The translations under genes and the position numbers were made by a program. From positions 9,690-73,689 of the forward strand of contig VBWD01000001.1 in NCBI GenBank assembly GCA_006218055.1: a DNA stretch of 64,000 nt, in the 5' to 3' direction. This DNA is from Gallionellaceae bacterium (lineage in GTDB: Bacteria > Pseudomonadota > Gammaproteobacteria > Burkholderiales > Gallionellaceae). Numbering within the stretch: position 1 is the stretch's first letter; every line of letters starts with the position of its first letter. This document shows, in pieces, positions 31,747 to 41,976 of the stretch. A model generated the notes under the pieces. The model had not been told where the DNA came from. It saw nothing but the letters and a program-made list of their open reading frames with translations, and did not search any database.

Positions 31747-31888
31747 GGGCACTTCTAAAAATCCAAATTTCGTCGCAATACTGCGTTGCGCTCGAAAAAT
31801 TACTCCTTACATATCATGCATATGCCGCGTCGCAATTTTTTGTTCGCGCCTTGTCTTGCTTAGAACTTTGAATTTTTAGAAGCGCCCT
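31746..31888. mobile_element. RPE1-like palindromic MITE (143 bp)
   Basis: Terminal IR AGGGCACTTCTAAAAAT / ATTTTTAGAAGCGCCCT (1 mismatch); interior homologous to 24416-24627. Confidence 0.85.
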
Positions 31889-31904
31889 TGAGGCCACCTT
31901 AGGT

Positions 31905-32267
31905 TCAGTATCCGCTTGCCGAGCGGGTATCGAAAGTCAGCTGACATCCGGCATTTGCATCTGCCAGTATCTTGGCAGCTTCATCCGCTACCGCTTGGGT
32001 GATGGTGAACTCACTTGGCTTGCGAGGGACTGGCTTCTGGTTCAGTGTTAGAAAATCCGTCTTTGCCTTTTCTGCAGCGGTTTGGCAATTTGCCAGATCT
32101 TCTTTGATTTGCACGATGAATCTTGCTTTTGCCTGCTCACGCGCTTGGATCATGGCTTGACGAGCTTGCTCGGCGATAAGTTGTTCCTGTTTGTTCAAGT
32201 GGTCGAGATAGAGCCAAGCTCCACCAGATAATAGGATGAGAACGATAGCGGCGACTTTTTTGATCAT
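31905..32267 (-). CDS. Hypothetical membrane-anchored helical protein
   Basis: MIKKVAAIVLILLSGGAWLYL signal/TM after GGAG SD, helical body with two Cys. Confidence 0.7.
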   Translation of the reverse strand: MIKKVAAIVLILLSGGAWLYLDHLNKQEQLIAEQARQAMIQAREQAKARFIVQIKEDLANCQTAAEKAKTDFLTLNQKPVPRKPSEFTITQAVADEAAKILADANAGCQLTFDTRSASGY

Positions 32268-32339
32268 GTGCATCTCCAATAAGTTGTCAACTTCGGCGGC
32301 ATGATAGCCGAACATGGTGGCAAGGTGAACCTTGAACCG

Positions 32340-33374
32340 TTATGGTGCAGGGTTGGGGTATAGACGATGGATGTTCTCGATGCTGTCCATAATCTCTTCC
32401 GATAGCGTCACTTCTGCACTAGCTAGATTCTCTTTCAGTTGTGCCAATGACGTCGCACCGAGGATGACGCTGCTGCTAAACCAGCGCGTTCTGGCAAAGG
32501 CGAGAGCCAGTGTCGCAGGCGTGAGCTCTGCTTCTTGCGCGATCCGCATGTACTCCTTCGTCGCCGCAGGTACATTGATCTTGTTATAGCGCTGTCCGAA
32601 ACCGGGGAAGAGGGTGATACGACCTCGGGCATTCGGATTCGCGATGTATTTTCCCGTGAGCCAGCCGAATGCCAAAGGACTATAGGCGAGCAAGCCGACA
32701 TTGGTTTGGTGGCAGACTTCCGCGAGCCCACTCTCGAAGGTGCGGTTCATCAGGTGGTAGGCGTTCTGGATGCTGACGATCTTGGACAAGCCAAGCTGTC
32801 CCGCGATACGAACGAACTCCGAGACACCCCAAGGCGTTTCGTTGCTCAAGCCGATGTGCCTGACTTTTCCTGCTTTGACCAATTCAGCTAATGCGGACAA
32901 TTGCTCGGCGATAGGCGTGCTTTCTCGCTCCTGTGTAGCGTCATAACTGGTTGAGCCGAACATAGGCACATAACGGTCGGGCCAATGGATCTGGTATAGA
33001 TCGACATGATCGGTCTGCAAGCGGCGCAGGCTGGCATCAATCGCAGCGTGAATGTGTTCACGGTTCACACGGGGGCCGTTGCGTATCCAGCCGAAACCGC
33101 GTGAGGGGCCTGCGATCTTGGTGGCGACGATGAGCTTGTCGCGTTGTTGATGCTTGAGCCAGTTCCCGATGTAAGTCTCAGTGCGGTACACAGTCTCGGA
33201 ACGTGGTGCGACTGGGTACATCTCAGCGGTGTCGATGAGATTTACCCCATGCGAGATGGCGTAGTCGAGCTGGGCGTGCGCTTCAGCCTCGGTGTTTTGC
33301 TCGCCAAATGTCATCGTGCCCAGAGACAGTGCGGAGACTTTTAGATCGCTAGAACCGAGCTGGCGGTATTCCAT
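32340..33374 (-). CDS. Tas-like aldo/keto reductase
   Basis: LGTMTFGEQN, DTAEMYP, ATKIAGP, DLYQIHWPDR, GLSNETPWG, AYSPL. Confidence 0.92.
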   Translation of the reverse strand: MEYRQLGSSDLKVSALSLGTMTFGEQNTEAEAHAQLDYAISHGVNLIDTAEMYPVAPRSETVYRTETYIGNWLKHQQRDKLIVATKIAGPSRGFGWIRNGPRVNREHIHAAIDASLRRLQTDHVDLYQIHWPDRYVPMFGSTSYDATQERESTPIAEQLSALAELVKAGKVRHIGLSNETPWGVSEFVRIAGQLGLSKIVSIQNAYHLMNRTFESGLAEVCHQTNVGLLAYSPLAFGWLTGKYIANPNARGRITLFPGFGQRYNKINVPAATKEYMRIAQEAELTPATLALAFARTRWFSSSVILGATSLAQLKENLASAEVTLSEEIMDSIENIHRLYPNPAP

Positions 33375-33375
33375 T

Positions 33376-33795
33376 TCAGCCGCGCGTGTTGGACTGCGTG
33401 GAGAATTGCGTCAGGTCGACCAAGGGAGCTGGCTGCCAGCCAGCCTTGCGATGCTCAGCCACGACATTGGTGAAGATGCCGCCACGCACGTAGAACTTGG
33501 CGGTGAGGCGCATGAAACGCGGCTGGGTAGCAGTGACCAAGTCGTCCAAGATGCGATTGGTCACGTCTTCGTGGAAGTGGCCTTCATTGCGGAAAGACCA
33601 CATGTACATCTTGAGGCTCTTTAACTCAACGCATTGCTGGTCGGCGATGTAGTCGAGGATGAGGGTGGCGAAGTCTGGCTGCCCGGTTTTTGGGCATAAG
33701 CATGTAAATTCAGGCACTTCCATGTGGATGTGGTAGTCACGATTCGGCTGTGGATTGGGGAAGGTTTCCAGAGCTTTGCTGGGTTGGGTCGTCAT
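33376..33795 (-). CDS. queF: NADPH-dependent preQ0 reductase (short type)
   Basis: [33 protein letters not shown]. Confidence 0.95.
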   Translation of the reverse strand: MTTQPSKALETFPNPQPNRDYHIHMEVPEFTCLCPKTGQPDFATLILDYIADQQCVELKSLKMYMWSFRNEGHFHEDVTNRILDDLVTATQPRFMRLTAKFYVRGGIFTNVVAEHRKAGWQPAPLVDLTQFSTQSNTRG

Positions 33796-33858
33796 GTTTG
33801 GTCGCCTATGGGAGTTCGGTTAGAATGCCGCGCATTATAACGTCTGTATGATTTCAAA

Positions 33859-36800
33859 TTGCGTCTCAGCCAAATCAAACTCGCCGGTTTCAAGTCCTTC
33901 GTTGACCCAACCCAAATCTCACTGCCCGGTCAGTTGGTGGGCATCGTCGGTCCGAACGGATGCGGAAAATCCAACGTCATCGACGCCTTGCGCTGGGTGT
34001 TGGGCGAATCGCGTGCTTCGGCTTTACGCGGCGAGTCGATGCAGGACGTGATCTTCAATGGTTCAGGGAACCGCAAGCCGGTGTCCCGCGCCAGCGTCGA
34101 GCTGGTGTTCGATAACTCCCTAGGAAAAGTCGGTGGACAATGGGCCAGCTACGCCGAGATATCTATCAAGCGCGTGTTGCAACGCGACGGGGATTCGAAC
34201 TACTACATCAACAATCAGAACGTCCGCCGCAAGGACATCACCGATATCTTCTTAGGTACCGGTGTCGGTGCCCGCGCTTACGCCATTATTGAGCAGGGCA
34301 TGATCTCTCGCATCATCGAGGCGAAGCCCGAAGAGCTGCGTGTTTTCTTGGAAGAAGCGGCTGGCGTATCCAAATATCGGGACCGTCGTCGTGAGACCGA
34401 ACTTCGCCTCGGCGACACGCGTGGCAACCTGTCTCGTGTGTCCGACATCTTGCATGAATTGGGCAATCAGTTAGGTCATCTGACCGGACAAGCCGAGATC
34501 GCCAAGACCTACCGTGAGTTGGAAGCGCGCCGCGAAACGACGCAGCGATTGCTGTGGTTGGTCAATAAACAAGAATCAGAAGCACGTCGTGTGCGCTATG
34601 CGCAACAAGTCGAAAAGACCAAGAACGAGCTGGAATCCGAGATCGCCAAGTTGCGTGAAGTGGAAAGCAAGTTGGAAGGTGCGCGCACCGAGCATTTCGG
34701 TCTGTCAGACGCGCTGCATGCGAAACAAGGTGACCTCTATGCCTCCAATGCCGAAGTTGCTCGATTAGAGCAACAGATATCATTCTTGGTCGAGCAACGT
34801 AACCGTTTGGCGCAGCAGATACAGAACGGTGAGCGTCAGATCGCTCAGCAGAAGTCGCAGTTGCAAGGGCTGAAGACTCTGCAAGAGCATTGGTTGAGAC
34901 AGCAAGAAGATAGCGGAACACGCGTCACGGTTTGTGAGGAGCGTGCGGCAACCGAAGCGCAGTCACTACCGCAAGCCGAAGAAGCTGCAAAAGTCGCCCA
35001 GGAACGACACAACGCGATGCAGCGTGAACAACTCCTGATCCAGCAACAACTGCAATTGGCCGAGACTCAGCGCGCTCACATCCAGGGCAACGTACAGCAA
35101 TTGGATAGCCGTCGCTCGCGCTTGATGTTGGAGCGCGACAATCTGCCGCGTGCCGATGAAGAGGGTTTGCACCAGGCGCAACAGCAATTGGCCGAGATGC
35201 AGATGCGTTATGAAGAGCAGCAACATCAGTTGGCGCAGCTGCAAGAACAGTTGCCTTTGGCCGATGCGGCAAGACGTGAGGCGCGCGATGCATCCCAAGA
35301 GTTGGAGCGCCGGTTGTCACAAGTCGAAGCGCGTATGAATGCGCTCAAGCAACTGCAATCGCAGGTGGATAACGACAAGAATCTGAAGGCGTGGTTGGAA
35401 CGTCACCAATTGGATAGTGCGCCACGTCTGTGGCAATCCATTCGTATCGAACAAGGTTGGGAGGACGCGCTGGAAGCGGTGTTGCGCGAACGTATCAATG
35501 CTTTGTCTCTAGGTCGTTTGGAGGATGCGTCAGGCTGGAGCGATGTTCCCCCTGCCAAGCTGGCAGTCTATGCGGCTGATGGTGCGCGCCATACAGCCAA
35601 TCCGGCGCACGCGAACCTGACACCGCTGGCAGATTACGTGCGTTACCAAAACGAACAGGCCGCCCCTGTCGTCAACGACTGGCTTTCCGGTGTGTATGCC
35701 GTGGCTGAGCTAGATGAGGCTTTGCGCTTGCGTGGTGGCTTGAACTCGGGCGCATGGTTGGTGACACCCAAAGGACACTTGGTCGGTGCGCACAGTGTGT
35801 TGTTCCACGCTCCGGACAGTCAGGTGCATGGCATCTTGGCGCGCCAGCGTGAGATCGAGCAATTGCAAGTCGAGGCATCGCAACGATCTGATGCGTTGGA
35901 ACAAGGAAAACTTAAAGTCTCACAAGCTGAAGAGGCGTTCCTGAACATAGAAGGGCGTATCGGACCTTTGCGCAGCGAAGGCGCAGAGTCGCAACAACGC
36001 CAACATCAGTTGCAGATGCAGATACTCAAACTGACTCAAGCGAATGAGCGCAGCATGGAGCGCAACACACAGATCGCCCAAGAATTGGAAGAGCTGGTCG
36101 AGCGTGCGAACAGCGAGCAACGCCAATTGCAAGAAGTGGCGGAGCAGATGGCCATCCAGCGTGAAAGATCATCAGTGCAACTACTTGAATGCGATCAGGC
36201 GAGGCAGCAAGCAGGCTCGCTCGATCTGGCTTTGCGTGATGTGCGCGACCGTGCACAACGTGCCCAACATGAGCTGCAAGAAGCCAGATTCTTCGCCAAG
36301 ACTTGTGTCGATAAGTTGAGCGACATCGAGCAGAACATGCAGCACAACACCATGACCTTGGGGCAACTGGAAGAGTCTTTGATACAGAATCAAAGCGAAC
36401 AGGCGAACCTGAGCGACGGTGATGCACAGCAGTTGTTGCAGGGGGCTTTGCAACAACGTCAAGTGCATGAACAGGCATTGGCAGAAGCACGCAACACCTT
36501 GGAACATGCTACCGTGAGCTTGAATGCGATGGAGCAGGAACGCATGTCCTGCGAACAAAGGTTGAATCCATTGCGCGAGAAGGTGAACGAGATCACGCTC
36601 AAAGAGCAAGAAGCGAGACTGCAATACGAGCAATGGGCAGAGCAGTTGGTAGGTATCGATGAGGAACCCTTGCTGCCAATGATCGAAGGTGCGAAGGCGG
36701 GCGGCTTGCAAAGCGAGCTGACTCGTTTGAGCAACGAGATCACGGCATTGGGGGCGGTGAATCTTGCTGCACTGGAAGAGTTGCAGACCGCACAAGAGCG

Positions 36801-37389
36801 CAAGGCCTATCTGGACGCACAGGCTAAAGACTTGAATGAGGCCATCGAGACCTTGGAAGATGCTATCCGTCGCATCGATAAAGAATCACGCGACCTGTTG
36901 ATGGCGACCTATGAAGAAGTGAATCGCCATCTTTCTGAGTTGTTCCCAGTCTTGTTTGGCGGTGGTGAAGCTCGTTTGGTGCTAACTGGCGAAGAGATAC
37001 TGGACAGTGGCGTGCAAGTGATGGCGCATCCCCCTGGAAAGAAGAACGCTTCTATTCATCTATTGTCCGGTGGAGAGAAGGCGTTGACCGCTATCGCCTT
37101 GGTGTTCTCCTTGTTCCAACTCAATCCTGCGCCGTTCTGTGTGCTGGACGAAGTCGATGCGCCATTGGATGACACCAATACGGAACGTCTATGCAAGTTG
37201 ATCCAGAAGATGTCCGACAAGACGCAGTTCGTCTATATCAGTCATAACAAAATCACCATGGAGATGGCGCAGCAACTGATCGGTGTGACCATGCAGGAGC
37301 GCGGTGTATCCAAGGTGGTGTCGGTGGATATCGAAGAGGCGTTACGCCTTAGTGAGGATAGCGCAAGTAAAGTTGTAGTACCCGCCTAG
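33859..37389 (+). CDS. smc: Chromosome segregation protein SMC
   Basis: GFKSFVD, GPNGCGKSN, coiled coils and hinge, LLSGGEKAL, LDEVDAPLD, ISHNK. Confidence 0.97.
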   Translation: MRLSQIKLAGFKSFVDPTQISLPGQLVGIVGPNGCGKSNVIDALRWVLGESRASALRGESMQDVIFNGSGNRKPVSRASVELVFDNSLGKVGGQWASYAEISIKRVLQRDGDSNYYINNQNVRRKDITDIFLGTGVGARAYAIIEQGMISRIIEAKPEELRVFLEEAAGVSKYRDRRRETELRLGDTRGNLSRVSDILHELGNQLGHLTGQAEIAKTYRELEARRETTQRLLWLVNKQESEARRVRYAQQVEKTKNELESEIAKLREVESKLEGARTEHFGLSDALHAKQGDLYASNAEVARLEQQISFLVEQRNRLAQQIQNGERQIAQQKSQLQGLKTLQEHWLRQQEDSGTRVTVCEERAATEAQSLPQAEEAAKVAQERHNAMQREQLLIQQQLQLAETQRAHIQGNVQQLDSRRSRLMLERDNLPRADEEGLHQAQQQLAEMQMRYEEQQHQLAQLQEQLPLADAARREARDASQELERRLSQVEARMNALKQLQSQVDNDKNLKAWLERHQLDSAPRLWQSIRIEQGWEDALEAVLRERINALSLGRLEDASGWSDVPPAKLAVYAADGARHTANPAHANLTPLADYVRYQNEQAAPVVNDWLSGVYAVAELDEALRLRGGLNSGAWLVTPKGHLVGAHSVLFHAPDSQVHGILARQREIEQLQVEASQRSDALEQGKLKVSQAEEAFLNIEGRIGPLRSEGAESQQRQHQLQMQILKLTQANERSMERNTQIAQELEELVERANSEQRQLQEVAEQMAIQRERSSVQLLECDQARQQAGSLDLALRDVRDRAQRAQHELQEARFFAKTCVDKLSDIEQNMQHNTMTLGQLEESLIQNQSEQANLSDGDAQQLLQGALQQRQVHEQALAEARNTLEHATVSLNAMEQERMSCEQRLNPLREKVNEITLKEQEARLQYEQWAEQLVGIDEEPLLPMIEGAKAGGLQSELTRLSNEITALGAVNLAALEELQTAQERKAYLDAQAKDLNEAIETLEDAIRRIDKESRDLLMATYEEVNRHLSELFPVLFGGGEARLVLTGEEILDSGVQVMAHPPGKKNASIHLLSGGEKALTAIALVFSLFQLNPAPFCVLDEVDAPLDDTNTERLCKLIQKMSDKTQFVYISHNKITMEMAQQLIGVTMQERGVSKVVSVDIEEALRLSEDSASKVVVPA

Positions 37390-37838
37390 TTGCAGTTGTT
37401 GCTGATTGCCTTGCGGGCATCATTCAGGCGCTGTTCACGCCCGGCATCGTCTAGATAAACTTTCTCACCATTTGCATCGTAAGTGACGATGCGCGTTCCT
37501 TCTTCTAACATTCGCAGGTTTTGCTGGGCGGCGGTGCAATTACGTTTTCTTTCTTCTGCTTGTGCCTCTTGTTGTGCTTTCTTTTCGTTGGCTTCCGATT
37601 TTTCCTGTTTGGATTTCTTCAGTTCAGCTTCGCGTTCAACGTAGCTCTTGGATGAGTAAGTGGCTGGTGCGGCGGCTTGTCCGGTCCCTGCGATGTTGGG
37701 AACGCTCTGTGTCTTGACGTTCTGAGGTGGAGCGTCTGAGTAATGGACATTACCCGCAGTATCGACCCATTTATTGAGTCCGGCCTGGACGTTAAAGCTA
37801 AGCAAAGCGAGCGCTGCGAGGGTGAAGAGGGCTCTCAT
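37386..37838 (-). CDS. DUF4124-family secreted protein
   Basis: Signal peptide, KWVDTAGNVHYSDAPP, C..A..NL..L, terminal Cys. Confidence 0.85.
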   Translation of the reverse strand: MRALFTLAALALLSFNVQAGLNKWVDTAGNVHYSDAPPQNVKTQSVPNIAGTGQAAAPATYSSKSYVEREAELKKSKQEKSEANEKKAQQEAQAEERKRNCTAAQQNLRMLEEGTRIVTYDANGEKVYLDDAGREQRLNDARKAISNNCN

Positions 37839-37978
37839 GGTGATACTCCCGAAAAATTTAGCTGGAAAGTACCTATTATTTTCGCGCCCGTCAATTTATC
37901 ATTCGTCGCTGTTGTATAACGCTGGCAGGCTCTGATTTAAATATAGACCAGTGAAACGTGCAACTAGATGGAGGGGAG

Positions 37979-38641
37979 ATGTCACAAAAGAAGATGCAGA
38001 CCACTAACCAACAAGAATTCTTGAGGGTGGAGAGTAACCAGGATTTGGCGCTTAAGCTATTCCGCTCTTACTATCGCTCTCATCAAACTTCTGGAAAATT
38101 GTTCGATGATTTTCCTGATTTCTTTTTGGTCAAGCCAATCGTATTGAAGGATCCTGAACTCGCTGATCGTCCCACGGATAAATTGATATTGGAAGACTGT
38201 GTGCATAGAGCGCAAGCGCGCAAAGGCCATGTTGGTGTCAGCAAATGGCGCAATCCAAAGTTGAATTATTATTGGCTGGAACTCTCTGTTTTCCCCTTCA
38301 TGCTTGGGGATGAGGTCACGCAGAATAACCAGGGTGAGTTCTTTTTTATCTTGAGTCAGTTTATCGAGCACACCAAGAATAATCCAAAGATGTATGGTGA
38401 TCTGACGGCGGAGATCGACTCAGATAAGGACTTGGCCTTAATGTTGGCTGAAATCAACAAGCGGGGGCAGAAACTGCAAGATATGTCGTCGCATTATCCG
38501 CAAGATATGCTGGTCAGATTCAACTCGAATTGGCCTGTCGGCGAGGTCAATAAGTTATTGCAGACCCTTCAGGGTAGTGACCAGAGTTGGTGTGAAGTGT
38601 TCTTTGAGCACATCATCTATGTGATGAGCAAAAAGCAATAA
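37979..38641 (+). CDS. Hypothetical protein
   Basis: 220-codon ORF with strong SD (GGAGGGGAG); no recognised motif; AT-richer than neighbours. Confidence 0.7.
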   Translation: MSQKKMQTTNQQEFLRVESNQDLALKLFRSYYRSHQTSGKLFDDFPDFFLVKPIVLKDPELADRPTDKLILEDCVHRAQARKGHVGVSKWRNPKLNYYWLELSVFPFMLGDEVTQNNQGEFFFILSQFIEHTKNNPKMYGDLTAEIDSDKDLALMLAEINKRGQKLQDMSSHYPQDMLVRFNSNWPVGEVNKLLQTLQGSDQSWCEVFFEHIIYVMSKKQ

Positions 38642-38680
38642 GAGCGCTGCAATGTAGATCCCGGCGAGGCCGCAAAGTTT

Positions 38681-38689
38681 TGATATAAT
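38681..38689 (+). promoter_or_regulatory. Extended -10 promoter of guaB
   Basis: TGATATAAT followed by GC-rich GCGCGC, about 25 nt before the guaB ATG. Confidence 0.6.
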
Positions 38690-38713
38690 GCGCGCTTTGC
38701 AGAGGAAGATTTC

Positions 38714-40174
38714 ATGCGTATCACTCAAAAAGCCCTCACTTTCGACGATGTGCTCCTACTCCCAGCGCATTCCAACGTCTTGCCGCGCGATGTCAGTCTG
38801 CGCACCCAACTCACCCGCAACATCAGCCTAAATATCCCGTTGCTATCAGCAGCGATGGATACGGTCACTGAAGCGCGTCTTGCCATTGCGCTGGCGCAAG
38901 AAGGCGGCATCGGCATCGTTCACAAGAACATGACCTCCAAAGAGCAGGCCGCTCAAGTCGCCAAAGTGAAGCGCTTTGAGAGCGGTGTCGTTAAAGATCC
39001 CATCACTATCGCTCCGAACATGACGGTGCGTGACGTGCTTAATCTGACCCGCCAACACAAGATATCCGGCCTGCCGGTCGTGCAAGGCAAGCAAGTGGTT
39101 GGTATCGTCACCAACCGCGATTTGCGTTTTGAAAGCAATCTCGATCAATCCATCACCAATATCATGACTCCGCGCGACCGTTTGATCACGGTCAAAGAGA
39201 ACGCAAACCGTGATGAGGCGCGCAATCTGATGCATAAACATCGCATTGAGCGCGTACTGGTGGTGAATGACGCATTCGAGCTTTGCGGTTTGATCACTGT
39301 TAAAGACATCCTCAAGTCCAGCGAGCATCCCTTGGCTTGTAAAGATAGCCAGGGGCGTTTGCGCGTAGGTGCTGCAGTTGGTGTGGGCGAGGGTACAGAA
39401 GAGCGAGTTGCTCTATTGGTAGAGGCAGGTGTGGACGTGTTGGTGGTTGACACGGCGCACGGCCATTCACAAGGCGTGTTGAGCCGTGTGCAGTGGGTCA
39501 AGAAGAATTTCCCAAAAGTCGATGTCATCGGTGGCAATATCGCCACGGGGGCTGCGGCACGCGCGCTGGTCGATCATGGCGCTGACGGTGTCAAGGTGGG
39601 CATCGGCCCAGGTTCGATATGCACTACACGTATGGTCGCAGGTGTTGGTGTTCCTCAAATCACGGCTATCCAGTTGGTGGCGGATGAGCTGGCAGGCTCA
39701 GGCGTACCCTTGATCGCGGACGGAGGAGTGCGTTTCTCTGGTGACATATCCAAAGCGATCGCTGCAGGCGCGCATGCGGTGATGTTGGGTGGTTTGTTTG
39801 CGGGTACGGAAGAAGCGCCGGGTGAGATCGAGTTGTATCAAGGCCGCTCCTATAAGTCGTATCGCGGTATGGGTAGTTTGGGTGCGATGCAGCAAGGCTC
39901 CAAGGATCGCTATTTCCAAGATACGGAAGGCAATAACGACAAGTTGGTGCCTGAAGGTGTTGAAGGTCGTGTCCCTTACAAAGGCAGTGCGTTGGCTGTG
40001 GTCCACCAACTGTTAGGTGGCCTACGCTCTAGCATGGGCTACCTCGGGTGCGCAGACATTCCGACGATCCACGCCAAAGCGGAATTCGTCGAGATCACCT
40101 CAGCAGGTATCCGTGAATCTCACGTGCATGACGTACAGATCACCAAAGAAGCACCGAACTATCACATCGACTAA
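38714..40174 (+). CDS. guaB: IMP dehydrogenase
   Basis: [20 protein letters not shown] pair, [17 protein letters not shown]. Confidence 0.99.
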   Translation: MRITQKALTFDDVLLLPAHSNVLPRDVSLRTQLTRNISLNIPLLSAAMDTVTEARLAIALAQEGGIGIVHKNMTSKEQAAQVAKVKRFESGVVKDPITIAPNMTVRDVLNLTRQHKISGLPVVQGKQVVGIVTNRDLRFESNLDQSITNIMTPRDRLITVKENANRDEARNLMHKHRIERVLVVNDAFELCGLITVKDILKSSEHPLACKDSQGRLRVGAAVGVGEGTEERVALLVEAGVDVLVVDTAHGHSQGVLSRVQWVKKNFPKVDVIGGNIATGAAARALVDHGADGVKVGIGPGSICTTRMVAGVGVPQITAIQLVADELAGSGVPLIADGGVRFSGDISKAIAAGAHAVMLGGLFAGTEEAPGEIELYQGRSYKSYRGMGSLGAMQQGSKDRYFQDTEGNNDKLVPEGVEGRVPYKGSALAVVHQLLGGLRSSMGYLGCADIPTIHAKAEFVEITSAGIRESHVHDVQITKEAPNYHID

Positions 40175-40215
40175 TCCAACGAAAACGGGGCGCGCAAGCG
40201 CCCCTGTTCATTCAC

Positions 40216-41799
40216 ATGTCCCATAAAAAAATCCTCGTTCTCGATTTCGGCTCTCAGTACACCCAACTCATCGCACGTCGCGTACGTGAGACCCATGTCT
40301 ATTGTGAGCTACATCCATGGGACATGAGCGAAGCTGACATCAGAGCGTTCAATCCATCCGGCATCATCTTGTCCGGCGGTCCGAACTCGGTGTACGAAGA
40401 TGAGACGCCTAAAGCACCACAAGTCGTATTCGAGCTTGGCGTTCCCGTATTGGGTATCTGCTACGGCATGCAGACCATGGCAGCTCAACTGGGCGGCAAG
40501 GTCGAGAGCGGCAAGGTGCGCGAGTTCGGTTATGCCGAGATCCGTGCTCACGGCCACTCCAAATTGTTTAATGGCATCCAAGACAAGACTAACCCACAAG
40601 GTCATGGTTTGCTGGATGTGTGGATGAGCCACGGTGACAAAGTGACTGCTTTGCCAGACGGCTTCACTGCTATCGCATCCAACGAGGCCACCCCATTCGC
40701 TGGGATGGCGGACGAGTCTCGCCGATTCTATGCGGTGCAGTTCCATCCGGAAGTCACGCATACCTATCAAGGCAAGGCCATAATCGGACGCTTTGTGCAT
40801 GACATCTGTGGTTGTGGGCAAGACTGGAACATGCCGGACTACATTGCCGAAGCGGTTGCCAAGATCAAAGCGCAAGTGGGTGACGAAGAGGTCATCCTTG
40901 GTTTGTCGGGTGGCGTGGATTCCTCAGTAGCTGCTGCGCTCGTTCATCGTGCGATTGGTGATCAACTCACCTGCGTATTCGTCGACAACGGCTTGCTGCG
41001 CCTAAACGAAGGTGAGCAGGTGATGGAAATGTTTGGCAAAAACTTGAAGATGAAAGTCATTCATGTGGATGCAAGCGGTGAGTTCTTGAAGTTTCTGTCT
41101 GGTGTCACCGATCCAGAGCAGAAGCGCAAGATCATCGGGCGTGAATTCGTCGAAGTGTTCCAGCGCGAGTCAGCCAAACTCAAGCAAGCAAAATGGCTGG
41201 CACAAGGCACCATCTATCCCGATGTGATTGAATCAGCCGGAGCCAAAAACAAAAAAGCACACACCATCAAGTCGCACCATAACGTCGGTGGCTTGCCAGA
41301 ATCCATGCACCTAAAATTGCTCGAACCCTTGCGTGAACTTTTCAAAGACGAAGTGCGCGAGTTGGGTGTCGCACTGGGTCTGCCTGCTGACATGGTGTAT
41401 CGCCATCCTTTCCCAGGCCCTGGCTTGGGAGTGCGTATCTTGGGCGAAGTAAAGCGTGAGTATGCTGAGTTGCTGCGTCGTGCCGATGCCATCTTTATTG
41501 AGGAACTTCGTAATACAAAAGATTTCAATGGCAAGAGCTGGTACGACCTTACTAGTCAAGCGTTCACCGTATTCCTGCCTGTAAAGTCCGTGGGCGTGAT
41601 GGGCGATGGACGTACCTATGAGTGGGTCGTCAGCCTGCGTGCGGTTCAAACCCAAGATTTCATGACAGCCCATTGGGCTCATTTGCCCTATGAATTATTG
41701 GGCAAGGTATCTAACCGCATCATCAACGAAGTACGTGGTATCAATCGTGTCGTCTACGACATTTCAGGAAAACCCCCAGCAACGATTGAGTGGGAATAG
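40216..41799 (+). CDS. guaA: GMP synthase
   Basis: [42 protein letters not shown]. Confidence 0.99.
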   Translation: MSHKKILVLDFGSQYTQLIARRVRETHVYCELHPWDMSEADIRAFNPSGIILSGGPNSVYEDETPKAPQVVFELGVPVLGICYGMQTMAAQLGGKVESGKVREFGYAEIRAHGHSKLFNGIQDKTNPQGHGLLDVWMSHGDKVTALPDGFTAIASNEATPFAGMADESRRFYAVQFHPEVTHTYQGKAIIGRFVHDICGCGQDWNMPDYIAEAVAKIKAQVGDEEVILGLSGGVDSSVAAALVHRAIGDQLTCVFVDNGLLRLNEGEQVMEMFGKNLKMKVIHVDASGEFLKFLSGVTDPEQKRKIIGREFVEVFQRESAKLKQAKWLAQGTIYPDVIESAGAKNKKAHTIKSHHNVGGLPESMHLKLLEPLRELFKDEVRELGVALGLPADMVYRHPFPGPGLGVRILGEVKREYAELLRRADAIFIEELRNTKDFNGKSWYDLTSQAFTVFLPVKSVGVMGDGRTYEWVVSLRAVQTQDFMTAHWAHLPYELLGKVSNRIINEVRGINRVVYDISGKPPATIEWE

Positions 41800-41976
41800 A
41801 GAGCCAACACGGTACGGGAGGGGGGTGTTGCTCTCGTACGTCCATCCACTAGTCCGTTTTCTACGCTGATGAAATAGCCCTATTTCACCGCTCTATTCCA
41901 AGCTTGAGATAGAGCGGGAGTTGTTACCTTAGCCTCGTGCCAATCCTAGGCATTCCAGTTTTATACGAGGTGGAAT

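Noticed and set aside
40184-40208. GCAA-tetraloop hairpin between guaB and guaA as a terminator or riboswitch
   Set aside because: No U-tract and too short; more likely an mRNA stability hairpin
41866-41890. CTGATGA followed by a hairpin, suggesting a hammerhead ribozyme
   Set aside because: The required GAAA after stem II is absent (TCACCG follows)
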